Positions 29,097 to 39,500 of a DNA stretch of 64,000 nucleotides are shown here, one piece after another. The translations under genes were made by a program, and so were the position numbers. Every line of letters begins with the position of its first letter. Position 1 is the stretch's first letter. The notes under the pieces are model-generated. The model did no database searches, was not told where the DNA came from, and was given only the letters and a program-made list of their open reading frames with translations. Origin of the DNA: Arachidicoccus sp. (GTDB lineage: Bacteria; Bacteroidota; Bacteroidia; Chitinophagales; Chitinophagaceae); contig JAPWKH010000034.1 of assembly GCA_028283605.1 (NCBI GenBank), forward strand, positions 74,464 to 138,463, in the 5' to 3' direction.

Positions 29097-29897
29097 ATGA
29101 ACAAAAAAATAGCCATTATCGGCGGCGGAAATTTAGGTTCGGCAATTGCCGAAGGTATTATCAGCAGTGGCTTTGCTCAGCCTGAAAATATTTTTATTAC
29201 AAAAAGAAATGTTGAAACATTAGCTTCTTTACAAGAAAAAGGAGTGAATGTTTTGAGCAATAATGTACAAGCTATTGAAAACGCGGAATACGTTATCCTT
29301 GCCATAAAACCGTTTCAAATTAAAGATATAGTTGAAGAAATAAAACCTTCTTTGATAAAAGATAAACACATTGTAATCAGTGTGGTGACAGGCGTTTGGA
29401 TAAAAGATTTGATTGAACTCGTCGGCGAAGATTTTGCCATTGTCCGAGCTATGCCGAACACAGCAATTGCCATTCGCGAAAGCATGACTTGTATTTGCTC
29501 GCACAACACAAATGAAGAACAAACAATTTATGTAAGCAATCTGTTTAATCAGCTTGGCAAGTCGGTTGTCATCGATGAAAAGCTGATGGATGCTGCAACG
29601 GTTCTCGGCGCTTGCGGAACGGCGTTTGCCATGCGTTATATTCGTGCGAATATTCAAGGTGGTGTGGAGATTGGTTTTAATGCACAAATCGCAGCAACGA
29701 TTGCCGCGCAAACCGTGAAAGGCGCAGCAGAATTATTGCTCGTAAAACACACGCATCCGGAACAGGAAATCGACAAAGTAACTACGCCGAAAGGTTGTAC
29801 CATTGCAGGTTTGAATGAAATGGAACATCAAGGTTTAAGTTCTTCAATAATTCGCGGTATTACTACAAGTTATAAGAAGATTGTGAATGATATGTAG
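29097..29897 (+). CDS. proC: Pyrroline-5-carboxylate reductase
   Basis: IIGGGNLG, LAIKP, RAMPNT, VTTPKGCTIAG. Confidence 0.95.
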   Translation: MNKKIAIIGGGNLGSAIAEGIISSGFAQPENIFITKRNVETLASLQEKGVNVLSNNVQAIENAEYVILAIKPFQIKDIVEEIKPSLIKDKHIVISVVTGVWIKDLIELVGEDFAIVRAMPNTAIAIRESMTCICSHNTNEEQTIYVSNLFNQLGKSVVIDEKLMDAATVLGACGTAFAMRYIRANIQGGVEIGFNAQIAATIAAQTVKGAAELLLVKHTHPEQEIDKVTTPKGCTIAGLNEMEHQGLSSSIIRGITTSYKKIVNDM

Positions 29898-29900
29898 TTT

Positions 29901-29928
29901 AATTATGAATTATGAATTGAGAATTGAA
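29901..29928. repeat. Degenerate heptamer tandem repeat
   Basis: AATTATG AATTATG AATTGAG AATTGAA. Confidence 0.6.
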
Positions 29929-29943
29929 CAAACACGTTTACAC

Positions 29944-29970
29944 GTCATGCCGAACTTGTTTCGGTATCTC
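29944..29970. repeat. Single REP-like palindrome of a second family
   Basis: GTCATGCCGAA-CTTGT-TTCGGTATCTC; a GTCATnCnGAACTTGTTTC-type palindrome I recall as a dispersed repeat in Bacteroidota. Confidence 0.55.
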
Positions 29971-30056
29971 AAAAAAGAACTTACTAAGAGACTCTCGCCT
30001 TCGCGGTAAAGACGTTTATAGATTTTAATTATTTCAAATGTTAATCAGTTAAAACT

Positions 30057-30870
30057 ATGAGACATAGTTTAATTATCCTCATTGCAGCAGCTTTTTTTAC
30101 AGGCTGCATTACCGTTAAAAACAATCAGCTTGTTACCAATTCTGCAAACAATAACACTATTGTCGGCGGTAAATTATTTACTGCTGTATGGCAGCAACGT
30201 GCTGCGGAGTATAAAGCGTTGTGTGAGCAGGCTTATAATATTGCAACACTTCGCGTGCAGCAATATTATAACGCCGATACTTCAAGCAAAGCGAAAGCGA
30301 TTGTTACGGATATTGATGAAACGTTTTTGAACAATGCACCGTATGCTGTGCATCAGGCTTTGCAGGGAAAAGATTTCAGTTCTGCCTCGTGGAGCGAATG
30401 GACAAGCCGGGCCGACGCCGATACTTTAGCGGGAGCGCTTGCATTTTTTAAATTCGCAGCTTCGAAGGGAATGACTATTTTTTATGTAACCAATCGTAAT
30501 GAAGCTGACAGGCAAGGTACTTTGAAGAATCTGCAAAAGTTCGGTTTCCCGAATGCCGATAACGAACACCTTTGGTTGATGGACAAAACATCAAGCAAGG
30601 AAGAACGCAGACAAAAGATTGCTAAGGATTACGATATTGTTCTTTTGTTAGGAGATAATCTCGGTGATTTTTCTGCCTTATTCGATAAAAAATCGGAAGC
30701 AGAAAGAAGTGAAAATGTATTGAATAATAAGAGACGAATTCGGGCAGCGTTTCATCGTTCTTCCGAATCCGAATTACGGCGATTGGGAAGATGCGATGTA
30801 TGATTACAAGCACACATTTTCTTTGCAACAGAGAGATTCTGTGTTTAAAGCGAATGCGATATCGTACTAA
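30057..30870 (+). CDS. Class C acid phosphatase / 5'-nucleotidase lipoprotein e(P4); apparent +1 frameshift near 30731
   Basis: Lipobox FTGC, TDIDET (DxDET), VTNR, GDNLGDF. The family tail DEFGQRFIVLPNPNYGDWE...* is in the +1 frame and ends at TAA 30868-30870. Confidence 0.85.
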
Positions 30871-30933
30871 AAGTATTATAATTTGGTATTAGTTTTATAT
30901 TAACTCTTTTGAAATTTTAATTAAAATTGATAA

Positions 30934-32412
30934 ATGAAACCATTGTTACTTTTTTGCTTGCTCGGCTGTTGTATTTTATTTTGTAATGCCCAAAGCCAAC
31001 AAGATGTAGATTCGGTATTATATTATGCAAATCATTTTAATGATTTATCAAATAGAGAAGGGAAAGATGATTCTGCTGCTTTCTTATTAAAGCGACTGGC
31101 AATTTTTACGCCTAAAACTTTTCCGGATATATTTTCCGAAACAGTTGATAATTCATTCAGTCAACGATTTATTAAATTTTCGAAGGATGAAATGAGGGAA
31201 AATTTTGCACAATCAGATTCTGCTTTAAATTCCCTATTAGTAATGTTTAAAGAACAACGTAACACAGGTGAAAAAATACTAAACAAAGTTATAAGAGATA
31301 CAAATTCATTAATTCAAAAGTATTTAACACCACTTAAATATTGGGTTGATGAACAGAATTTGATACAAAAAAATAAACCAACAATAAATATGACTGAAGA
31401 TTTTTTTCAAAAATATATAAATCAATCTTCGTTAGATTCTGCAGATAAATTATACTATTTAAAATATGCACTTCTCCTTTATCAAATTGAAAAAGGACAG
31501 CCAACTAATAATAAATATTCGCAACAATTACTTCAAAATATCTATGAACACTTGAATTATTTGTACAGCTATTATTTATCAAATAATAGTAAATCAAATC
31601 GTGTCAATATCGCAAAAGCTAAATGGTTATATGCGTATGCAAGTTTTTCTATTGCAAACAATTATCTCGCAAATGATGAAAACAAAGAAGCAGAACCTTA
31701 TTTGAGGCAAGCTGCTCTGTTGTCTCCGAATCTTAATGATCAGTCAGTTAAGGCCGGCTATTTTTATGACGCAGTAACATTGACGCACAACCCTGAAAAA
31801 TTCGACTTTTATGGAGAGTATATAAACTTTTTAGAGAAGAAAAATTCTCCTAGTTCATCTGTTCAAAGCGTGTATGTAGATTATGCTTTGAATTATCCTG
31901 AACATAAAAAAGATTTAAAAGCGTATTATAATTCGCATAACGATACAACAGCGTCCCCATTTGAAAAATTTTGGGAAGATGCCAATAAAACAATCACCAA
32001 GCCTGCCCCCAATTTTTCCGTTAAAAAAATCGATGGCGAAACTTTTGATCTTTCTAACCACAAAGGGAAATGGATATTAATAGATTTTTGGGGAACGTGG
32101 TGTGGACCCTGTAGAGCAGAACACCAAGATTTGAATAACTTTTATATTAAATCAAAAGAAAATAAAAGAAACATTGAAGTGATTACATTTGCTTGTCGCG
32201 ATACTCTACCTACAGTTATGCAATATATGAAAGATTACCATTATACTTTTCCAGTAGCGATGCAACAAGAGAAACCGGATATTATAAAAATGTACCCTGT
32301 AAATGGTTATCCATCCAAAATGCTTATCAATCCAAAAGGCGAGTATGTTGTTATTCCTTTTGGTATTGATTGGGAAAACTTCATTAATGGATACATAGGA
32401 GATTCAAAATAG
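30934..32412 (+). CDS. TlpA-family thiol:disulfide oxidoreductase with long N-terminal helical region
   Basis: Signal peptide; LIDFWGTWCGPC; GYPSKMLINPKG. Confidence 0.8.
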   Translation: MKPLLLFCLLGCCILFCNAQSQQDVDSVLYYANHFNDLSNREGKDDSAAFLLKRLAIFTPKTFPDIFSETVDNSFSQRFIKFSKDEMRENFAQSDSALNSLLVMFKEQRNTGEKILNKVIRDTNSLIQKYLTPLKYWVDEQNLIQKNKPTINMTEDFFQKYINQSSLDSADKLYYLKYALLLYQIEKGQPTNNKYSQQLLQNIYEHLNYLYSYYLSNNSKSNRVNIAKAKWLYAYASFSIANNYLANDENKEAEPYLRQAALLSPNLNDQSVKAGYFYDAVTLTHNPEKFDFYGEYINFLEKKNSPSSSVQSVYVDYALNYPEHKKDLKAYYNSHNDTTASPFEKFWEDANKTITKPAPNFSVKKIDGETFDLSNHKGKWILIDFWGTWCGPCRAEHQDLNNFYIKSKENKRNIEVITFACRDTLPTVMQYMKDYHYTFPVAMQQEKPDIIKMYPVNGYPSKMLINPKGEYVVIPFGIDWENFINGYIGDSK

Positions 32413-32427
32413 TTAGTGAGGTGTTAT

Positions 32428-34593
32428 TTATCTCGCTCCCGGCGGGCAATGCTCTTTCAAATAATGTGTATAAATATTCGACAGAAACTCACGAGTGCCT
32501 TTGCCCTCCGAAATCGCATGTGTGCGATTGGGGAATTCCATAAAGTTGAACAGCTTGTTGTACTCTATCAATTTATTGATGACCATTTCTGAATTTTGGT
32601 AATGAACATTATCATCTCCCGAACCTTGCATTAATAATAAATTGCCTTTTAAATTTTGTGCATAGCTCAAAGGCGAGGCTTTTTCATATGTATTATCTGC
32701 ATCGGTCAGTAAGCCCATATAACGTTCTTCATAAACATTGTCATAAGTCGGTTGATAAGCCACGGGCGCAACGGCAATACCAGTTTTATAAACATCGCCG
32801 TGCTGAAATAACAAGTTTAAAGTAGTAGATCCGCCGCCGCTCCAGCCCCAAACGGCAACACGGCTTGTATCAACATAATTCCATTGAGCTACTTTTTTTG
32901 CCGCTTCGTATTGATCGTGAATATTCAGTATTCCTACTTTTTTATAAATGGAATGTCGCCATGCAGCGCCTTTTGGCGCAGGCGTTCCGCGGCTGTCGAT
33001 ACTCATAAAAATATATCCGTCTTTTTGTATATCTCCGTCGTATAAAAAGTTTCTTCCGCTTCCCCATTGGTCTGTAACAGTAGCCGCAGCAGGTTCTGTA
33101 TATACATAGAAAACCACAGGATATTTTTTTGTAGAATCAAAGTTTAACGGATAAGTTATTGAAGCGTCCATTGTAACATTGTCATCGGTAGTGATATGTA
33201 TAAATTTTACTTTATAAGGATCCGGTACAGATTGTATATGCGGTTTAACGCCGATCACTTCTTTTGTGGAAAGATCAAGCCAATCGGTATAAGGCATCGT
33301 ATTAGCGTTGGAAAAAGTGTGCTCTGCAAATGTACCATTGGGTGAAATGTCATAATCATTTGTGCCTTGTTCTTCTGCCGAAGATAATTTTTCTGCACTG
33401 CCCGAACCGTCAATTTTTGTTCTGTATAAATATTGTTGGGTAGCATTATCCGGCGAAGCCAGAAAATAAACATAACCTTCTTTTTCATTTACGGCGAGCA
33501 TGTCTATAATATCATAATCGCCTTTTGTAACCAGCGATTCATTTCCGTTTTTATCAACATGATATATATGCCGCCATCCGTCTTTTTCACTAACCCAAAG
33601 AAATGCTTTTCCATTTTCGATCCAATCCCAGCCGATTGGATTATCGCCATGCCAGCGGGATTTAATATCGACCCAAGTATCGCTTTGTTCTTTATAAAAT
33701 GCCTTTGCCACGCCGGTATTTACATTCGCCGAATACAGTACGGATACTTGCTGCTTTCTGTCTAATTGCTGCGCAACAATATTATCTTTATCTGCCCATT
33801 CCATTCTCGGTAAATAATGTTCACGGCTGTTGCCGGGAATATTCATCCAGGTTATTTTCTTGGAAGCTACTTCTGCCACGCCGATTTTTACTGCGGAGGG
33901 CTCTTGCCCTACAACCGGATATTCAACAGGCTTGATGAATGAATAAATTGAATCTGTATTATCGATCATCAGAAAGTTGCGAATGCTTCGTGCGTCTACG
34001 TTCCAGAAAGCAATCTTCTTGCTGTCCGGTGACCAGCGAAAACCATCGCGAGCGCCAAATTCTTCTTCATACACCCAATCGAATGTTCCGTTTATAATGC
34101 GGTCTTGTCCGTCAGTTGTGAGTTGTGTTATTTTATGAGAAGTTAAATCTTCTACATACATATTGTGTTTACTGCTGTATGCAACCTTGGTACCGTCGGG
34201 AGAGAGCTTGGCGAACATTAATGATTCTTTAGCTAAACCTTTTCCAAGCCAATATATATTTTTTGTGGGTATATCGTAAATAAAATAATTGCCGCGTGTT
34301 TTATAACGCCAGACTTTTTGTGAATTTGTATAAATCAGTATTTTCTTCTGGTCACTTGAAAAACTAAAATCTTCTATGGGAGTAGTAGTAACTTCATTAT
34401 TCGGTATGGTTTCAAAGACTGTGTCAACATGTTGTGAAGGAAGAGAAACTTTAATAATATATCCTTTGTCTTTTGTATAATATGCATTACCATCTTCTGT
34501 CCATTTGTATTTGGTTGCATAAGGTTGTGCGAAGACTGCATTAATTAAAACTAAAAACGTAACAGTAAAAATCGTTTTGAAAATATTTTTCAT
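32428..34593 (-). CDS. S9B dipeptidyl peptidase IV
   Basis: DWVYEEE, WSPD, GWSGGG nucleophile, DDNVH, NRTH. Confidence 0.92.
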   Translation of the reverse strand: MKNIFKTIFTVTFLVLINAVFAQPYATKYKWTEDGNAYYTKDKGYIIKVSLPSQHVDTVFETIPNNEVTTTPIEDFSFSSDQKKILIYTNSQKVWRYKTRGNYFIYDIPTKNIYWLGKGLAKESLMFAKLSPDGTKVAYSSKHNMYVEDLTSHKITQLTTDGQDRIINGTFDWVYEEEFGARDGFRWSPDSKKIAFWNVDARSIRNFLMIDNTDSIYSFIKPVEYPVVGQEPSAVKIGVAEVASKKITWMNIPGNSREHYLPRMEWADKDNIVAQQLDRKQQVSVLYSANVNTGVAKAFYKEQSDTWVDIKSRWHGDNPIGWDWIENGKAFLWVSEKDGWRHIYHVDKNGNESLVTKGDYDIIDMLAVNEKEGYVYFLASPDNATQQYLYRTKIDGSGSAEKLSSAEEQGTNDYDISPNGTFAEHTFSNANTMPYTDWLDLSTKEVIGVKPHIQSVPDPYKVKFIHITTDDNVTMDASITYPLNFDSTKKYPVVFYVYTEPAAATVTDQWGSGRNFLYDGDIQKDGYIFMSIDSRGTPAPKGAAWRHSIYKKVGILNIHDQYEAAKKVAQWNYVDTSRVAVWGWSGGGSTTLNLLFQHGDVYKTGIAVAPVAYQPTYDNVYEERYMGLLTDADNTYEKASPLSYAQNLKGNLLLMQGSGDDNVHYQNSEMVINKLIEYNKLFNFMEFPNRTHAISEGKGTREFLSNIYTHYLKEHCPPGAR

Positions 34594-34667
34594 TGTAGAT
34601 TAATTAAACTTTTTGAATGCAATGATAAAGATGAAATGTTTTATGCGATTTACATATTTTAACTTAA

Positions 34668-35750
34668 TTAAAACCATCCTCTTTTTTTGAAAACATAAAT
34701 CATCCAGGCAGGAATCAATAACATAAATGCAACTGCAACATAGAAACCGTATTTGTCCTGTAAGAAGGGTATATGTGTAAAGTTCATTCCGAATGTACCG
34801 CCGATAACGCTTGCAGGTGCGAGCAGGCAAGTTACAATCGCCATGATCTTCATAGATTCGTTCATTTTCAAATTCTCGTTGTTCATATAAAGGTCTTGCA
34901 GATTTGCCATTCCTTCTCGATAATTTTCTACCATTTCTGTTGCCTGAAAAATATGATCGTATACATCTTTCAAATATCGCTCGGTTTTTGGCTGGAAAGA
35001 ATTGTTATCGTTTTTTATCAGATTGCTTACTACATCTCTCGCAGCATATATTACATGCCTCAATATCATGATTTCTTTTCGAAGCAACAGAGTTGGTAAA
35101 TCTATACGGTATTTATTTTGCAAAATAGCATCTTCGCTTTTTTCTACCTTTTCTCCAAAAATATCCATCATTACAAAGTAATCATCTACAATAGCATCGA
35201 CTAAAGAGTAATATAAAAAATCAATACCATATTGTTGCATTTTATTTGTCTTATTCAGCAAACGCTGACGGACTTTACCAAAAGCATCTCTTTCGGGATC
35301 ATCCTGAAAAGTGAGGACAAATTTTTTACCCAGCACAAGAGAGATTTGTTCTTTATTTAATACTTCATGTGTTTTGTTGTATGACAGCATGTACATTAAC
35401 GAATAAATAAAATTGTCAAAAGCATCGTATTTGGATCGTTGACCGACACTGAGAATATCTTCTTCGATAAGCGGATCAATGCTGAACATGGCACAGACAT
35501 TTTTTATATCGCTTCGTCTTAATCCATCTATATTTATCCAGATATTTTTTTCAGAATTTATGAATTTTTCACACTCTCCAACCTCTGACAGATTATATTG
35601 ATTCACAGATGTATCATCATATTCAAATACAGTAATAATGCTTTGATTAGCATCAATTCTTAAAGTATTATCCGTTGGATTTGCATAATGAAATTGGAGC
35701 TTCTTTTTGGAATTAAGAATGTTGGATAAAAAAAAATTATTATTGCTCAT
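34668..35750 (-). CDS. corA: CorA family Mg2+/Co2+ transporter
   Basis: WINIDG, EDIL..QRSK, LVDAIVDDYF, FGMNF, two C-terminal TM helices. Confidence 0.92.
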   Translation of the reverse strand: MSNNNFFLSNILNSKKKLQFHYANPTDNTLRIDANQSIITVFEYDDTSVNQYNLSEVGECEKFINSEKNIWINIDGLRRSDIKNVCAMFSIDPLIEEDILSVGQRSKYDAFDNFIYSLMYMLSYNKTHEVLNKEQISLVLGKKFVLTFQDDPERDAFGKVRQRLLNKTNKMQQYGIDFLYYSLVDAIVDDYFVMMDIFGEKVEKSEDAILQNKYRIDLPTLLLRKEIMILRHVIYAARDVVSNLIKNDNNSFQPKTERYLKDVYDHIFQATEMVENYREGMANLQDLYMNNENLKMNESMKIMAIVTCLLAPASVIGGTFGMNFTHIPFLQDKYGFYVAVAFMLLIPAWMIYVFKKRGWF

Positions 35751-35768
35751 ACATGTTGTTAAAAGTAA

Positions 35769-37109
35769 TTAGCGCAAAACCATTTGCCTGTCGGCATCCA
35801 ATCTTATAAGTATAAAAATAAGGATTGTAAATGTAATTAAAGAAGAACCGCCATAACTTACAAGCGGAAGAGGAATGCCGACTACCGGAAATAAACCGAT
35901 AGTCATGCAAATATTAATTGTGATATGCAACAATAAAATACCTGCTACACAATATGCATATACGCGGGAGAATGAACTTCGTTGCCGTTCGGCTATTCGT
36001 ACTATTCGATAGAGTATAAATAAATAAATCATTAAAAATATGCTGCAACCTGCAAAGCCAAAAGCTTCGCCCAAAGATGTGAATACAAAATCGGTTTGTT
36101 GTTCAGGTACATATTTTCCGCGTGTTTGTGTTCCTTTCAAAAAACCTCTTCCCAGCAAGCCTCCGGAACCGATTGCTATTTTGCTTTGCCTTACATTGTA
36201 ATCATCCGGTTTGGAAATGCTTTTGTTGTTTTCTTCCCTGTTTATAGCATGCCGGTTTTGAGAGCAGTCATAAGTTTTACCAACCATTGCATAGATACGT
36301 GTGGATTGATAACATTGAAATACATCGTTAAATATATAAGGTACCGCAAATCTTTGTATGCCTACACAAAGTATCCATATACCAATAATAAAAGCCAATA
36401 AACTTTTACTCCGTTTTATTTTCTTTCTTAAAAAATATACGGAAACTGCTGCTATAACAGTCAGAATGATTGCCAGCGTATTCGGCTCCATAATTAATGT
36501 AGCTACGACTAAAAATGCAAATGAAAAACCTACAACTAATATCCATCCCGGCAATCCTTCGCGATACATCGGAATGAAGAAAGCGAAATAAACGATTGCC
36601 AATCCGGTTTCGTTTTGCATAATTGAAATCAGTGCAGGAAATAAAGCTATGGCGGCAGCAATAATCTGAGAGCGGACTTTGGTAAAATCCAAGTCTTGCA
36701 TGGATAAATATTTCGACAAAGCCAACGATGTAAAAATGGTGCATAATTGCGCAGGCTGTAAATTGAACCCGCCGCCTAATGGAATCCAGCTTCGGGAGCC
36801 ATTAACATTTTTACCGATGGCAAAGGTCAGAAACATTAGAAATATGCCAAATAAATAAAGCAAATTTGCAAAAGCTGTATAAAGTTTGCTGTCGCTTAGT
36901 AAAATGAATATGGCAAGTATAGCGGAAACGCCGGCAAAAATTAATTGTTTGCTATACTCAGTTTTTCCTGAAATAAAAGAGGCCGCCCAATTTATATCCG
37001 GATTGTATTCCACCATGAAGATGCACAAGATGCCGGTGCATACAAGAATCGCATACAGCAATACAAATATCCAATCTATTCCTTTAGTAAGTTGCTCTTG
37101 TTGATTCAT
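35769..37109 (-). CDS. rodA: Rod shape-determining protein RodA
   Basis: NGSRSWI, SKIAIGSGG..G.GF..GTQ, PEQQTDF, GIPLPLVSYGGSS; downstream of PBP2. Confidence 0.93.
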   Translation of the reverse strand: MNQQEQLTKGIDWIFVLLYAILVCTGILCIFMVEYNPDINWAASFISGKTEYSKQLIFAGVSAILAIFILLSDSKLYTAFANLLYLFGIFLMFLTFAIGKNVNGSRSWIPLGGGFNLQPAQLCTIFTSLALSKYLSMQDLDFTKVRSQIIAAAIALFPALISIMQNETGLAIVYFAFFIPMYREGLPGWILVVGFSFAFLVVATLIMEPNTLAIILTVIAAVSVYFLRKKIKRSKSLLAFIIGIWILCVGIQRFAVPYIFNDVFQCYQSTRIYAMVGKTYDCSQNRHAINREENNKSISKPDDYNVRQSKIAIGSGGLLGRGFLKGTQTRGKYVPEQQTDFVFTSLGEAFGFAGCSIFLMIYLFILYRIVRIAERQRSSFSRVYAYCVAGILLLHITINICMTIGLFPVVGIPLPLVSYGGSSLITFTILIFILIRLDADRQMVLR

Positions 37110-39200
37110 TTATTTTCTTTTTTCGCGCGCAGGTGAAGAAGATGTTTTTTTGTCTTCATTTATAATTACAGGAGATAAATGATTATGACTGTCTGTATCG
37201 TGAGGCAATTTTTTCTCTTTTTGAGTTGCTGCTACCCGAAGGCTGTCATCGTGCTTTGCCATGGCAATTGAATCTATTTCTTTTGCTTTTTCGCGAAGCT
37301 GTACTTGTTTAAGAGAATCTTTTTTTCTTCTCCATTCATAAATCTGCGGCGGAAATAAATTTACTTTGGATAATCTGTCCACATCCGCCTGAGAATCATC
37401 CGTAAGTGTATCGTTTAAATATTGCTCCATCATGCGCGCGCCGATAGGTGCAGCCCATGTAGCGCCGTAACCTGCATTTTCCACATATACTGCTATGGCA
37501 ATTTTAGGGTTATCGGCAGGCGCATAAGCAATAAAAACAGCTAAGTTCTTCAAGTGCGGCACTTGTGCAGTACCCGTTTTAGCAGCGTATTTTATTCCGG
37601 GAATAGATACATTTTGTGCCGTTCCCACTTCCGTTACATCTTCCATTCCTTGCTGAACAGTGCGGTAATCGGCATCGCTGATGTGTAACGGTTCATGCTT
37701 GATATGATACTTCGCAAGATAAACCGTATCGTCATCGCTTTGATGTTCCAAACTGTCCACAAAATGCGGCGTGTAATACCAACCTTTGTTGGCAATAATG
37801 CAGGCTTCATTCGCAGACTGAATGGGCGTAAGCAACATCTTGTCCTGTCCTATGCCCATTGTAACCATATTACAGCCAACCCAACGCGGACCGTAAGCTT
37901 CGTTATATATGGTCGTATCCGGAATATTACCGCCTTTTTCACCTGCAATATCGATACCCAACGGATTGCCGAAACCAAAGCCGTGCATATAATTGCGCCA
38001 TGCGGCATAGCCTTTTCTCGGGCTTCCGTATTTAGGATTATCAATTGTATTTTTAAACAGATTACAGAAAAATGAATTACACGAATTGGCAATGGCTAAT
38101 TTTAAATTATCGGCATGTCCTGCCCAATGCTCGTCGCAACGAATTCTGGTATTGCAACCGTAATAAGCACCGAGGCATGGATAGCCGCTTGCAGGCGTTA
38201 TCAATCCTTCATCCAAACCGATTAATGCGCCGACCGGTTTATAAGTAGAACCCGGCGGATATCGCCCTGTTACGGCTCTGTTTAACATCGGGCCGCTTGT
38301 ATCAGTAGCAAGAAATTCAATATGTTTCCTGTATTCGGCAGGGGAAAGGTCATTGGGATCAAAAGTTGGTGCCGTTACCATTGCAATGATGCCGCCTGTT
38401 TTCGGGTTAATGGCTATTGCGGCGCCGATTTTTCCCTGAAACATTTTTTCTCCCAACTGTTGCACTTTTATATCGATACTTGTATAAATATTTCTTCCTG
38501 CAACTGCAACCGTGTCAAATTCGCCATTGGCATAAGAGCCTTGCGGTCTTCCGCGATTATCGCGCAGGGAGCGCGTAACGCCTCTCTGGCCCATGAGTAT
38601 TGTCTCATATTGTTTTTCCAAACCTGTTAATCCAATATAATCTCCCGCCTGGTAACCTCCATCAGGATTTTTTTTCAGGTAATCGGCAGAGACCTCACCA
38701 ACCCTTCCTAAAAAGTTTGCGCCGCAATGATACGGATAGGAGCGTACCGGTCTTTCTTGTAAACTAAATCCCGGAAATTTATATAAGTTTTCATTAAGTT
38801 GCGCATATAATTCTTGTGTAAGTAAAGGCTCAAAAGTGCTTGGTTTGAAACGTGTATTTTTAAAGATAGCGGTGAGCATTCTTTTATTATACTCTGCCGT
38901 ATCAATATTTAATATTCTGCAGAGTAATGCTGTATCTACACCTTTTCGAGATTCGGATGGCGTAACGACTAAATCATAATTAACTACATTTTGCAAAATT
39001 GCACGACCGTGATGGTCATAAATAATTCCCCGATCTGGATATTGCACCTTACGTAGTATCGCATTGTTTTCTGCTTGTATTTTGTATTTAGGCGAAAATA
39101 ACTGGAGGTTGAGCAATTGTATTATTATGATTGCGAAAACCGCAGTAAATATGCCTAATATTATCCTGTTCCTGATATGATTATTATTTTGTACGAGCAT
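37110..39200 (-). CDS. mrdA: Penicillin-binding protein 2
   Basis: PDRGIIYD, YPPGSTYK (SxxK), SCN (SxN), KTGTAQ; probable ATG 39200. Confidence 0.93.
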   Translation of the reverse strand: MLVQNNNHIRNRIILGIFTAVFAIIIIQLLNLQLFSPKYKIQAENNAILRKVQYPDRGIIYDHHGRAILQNVVNYDLVVTPSESRKGVDTALLCRILNIDTAEYNKRMLTAIFKNTRFKPSTFEPLLTQELYAQLNENLYKFPGFSLQERPVRSYPYHCGANFLGRVGEVSADYLKKNPDGGYQAGDYIGLTGLEKQYETILMGQRGVTRSLRDNRGRPQGSYANGEFDTVAVAGRNIYTSIDIKVQQLGEKMFQGKIGAAIAINPKTGGIIAMVTAPTFDPNDLSPAEYRKHIEFLATDTSGPMLNRAVTGRYPPGSTYKPVGALIGLDEGLITPASGYPCLGAYYGCNTRIRCDEHWAGHADNLKLAIANSCNSFFCNLFKNTIDNPKYGSPRKGYAAWRNYMHGFGFGNPLGIDIAGEKGGNIPDTTIYNEAYGPRWVGCNMVTMGIGQDKMLLTPIQSANEACIIANKGWYYTPHFVDSLEHQSDDDTVYLAKYHIKHEPLHISDADYRTVQQGMEDVTEVGTAQNVSIPGIKYAAKTGTAQVPHLKNLAVFIAYAPADNPKIAIAVYVENAGYGATWAAPIGARMMEQYLNDTLTDDSQADVDRLSKVNLFPPQIYEWRRKKDSLKQVQLREKAKEIDSIAMAKHDDSLRVAATQKEKKLPHDTDSHNHLSPVIINEDKKTSSSPAREKRK

Positions 39201-39500
39201 GTTGATAAGGAAATGTAAATATAAAAAGTACAAACAAAATTAATCAATGGTTTTTCAAAGCAGGAAAATTATTCAATATTAATATTTATTGCTAACCAAT
39301 GCATTAAAAAAGAAAATTGAAAACCACGTAGGTTCATCTAAATATAAAAGTAATTATTCCGAAATAAATCTATAAATTAACATATGATAATTTTTATTAA
39401 ATTTAATTTTAATCATCATTTATTAGAATTGTACATTTATTTGACATGAAATATAAATTATTTGTAAATTTAATTTAAAATAAAAATAAAAAATTGATAT

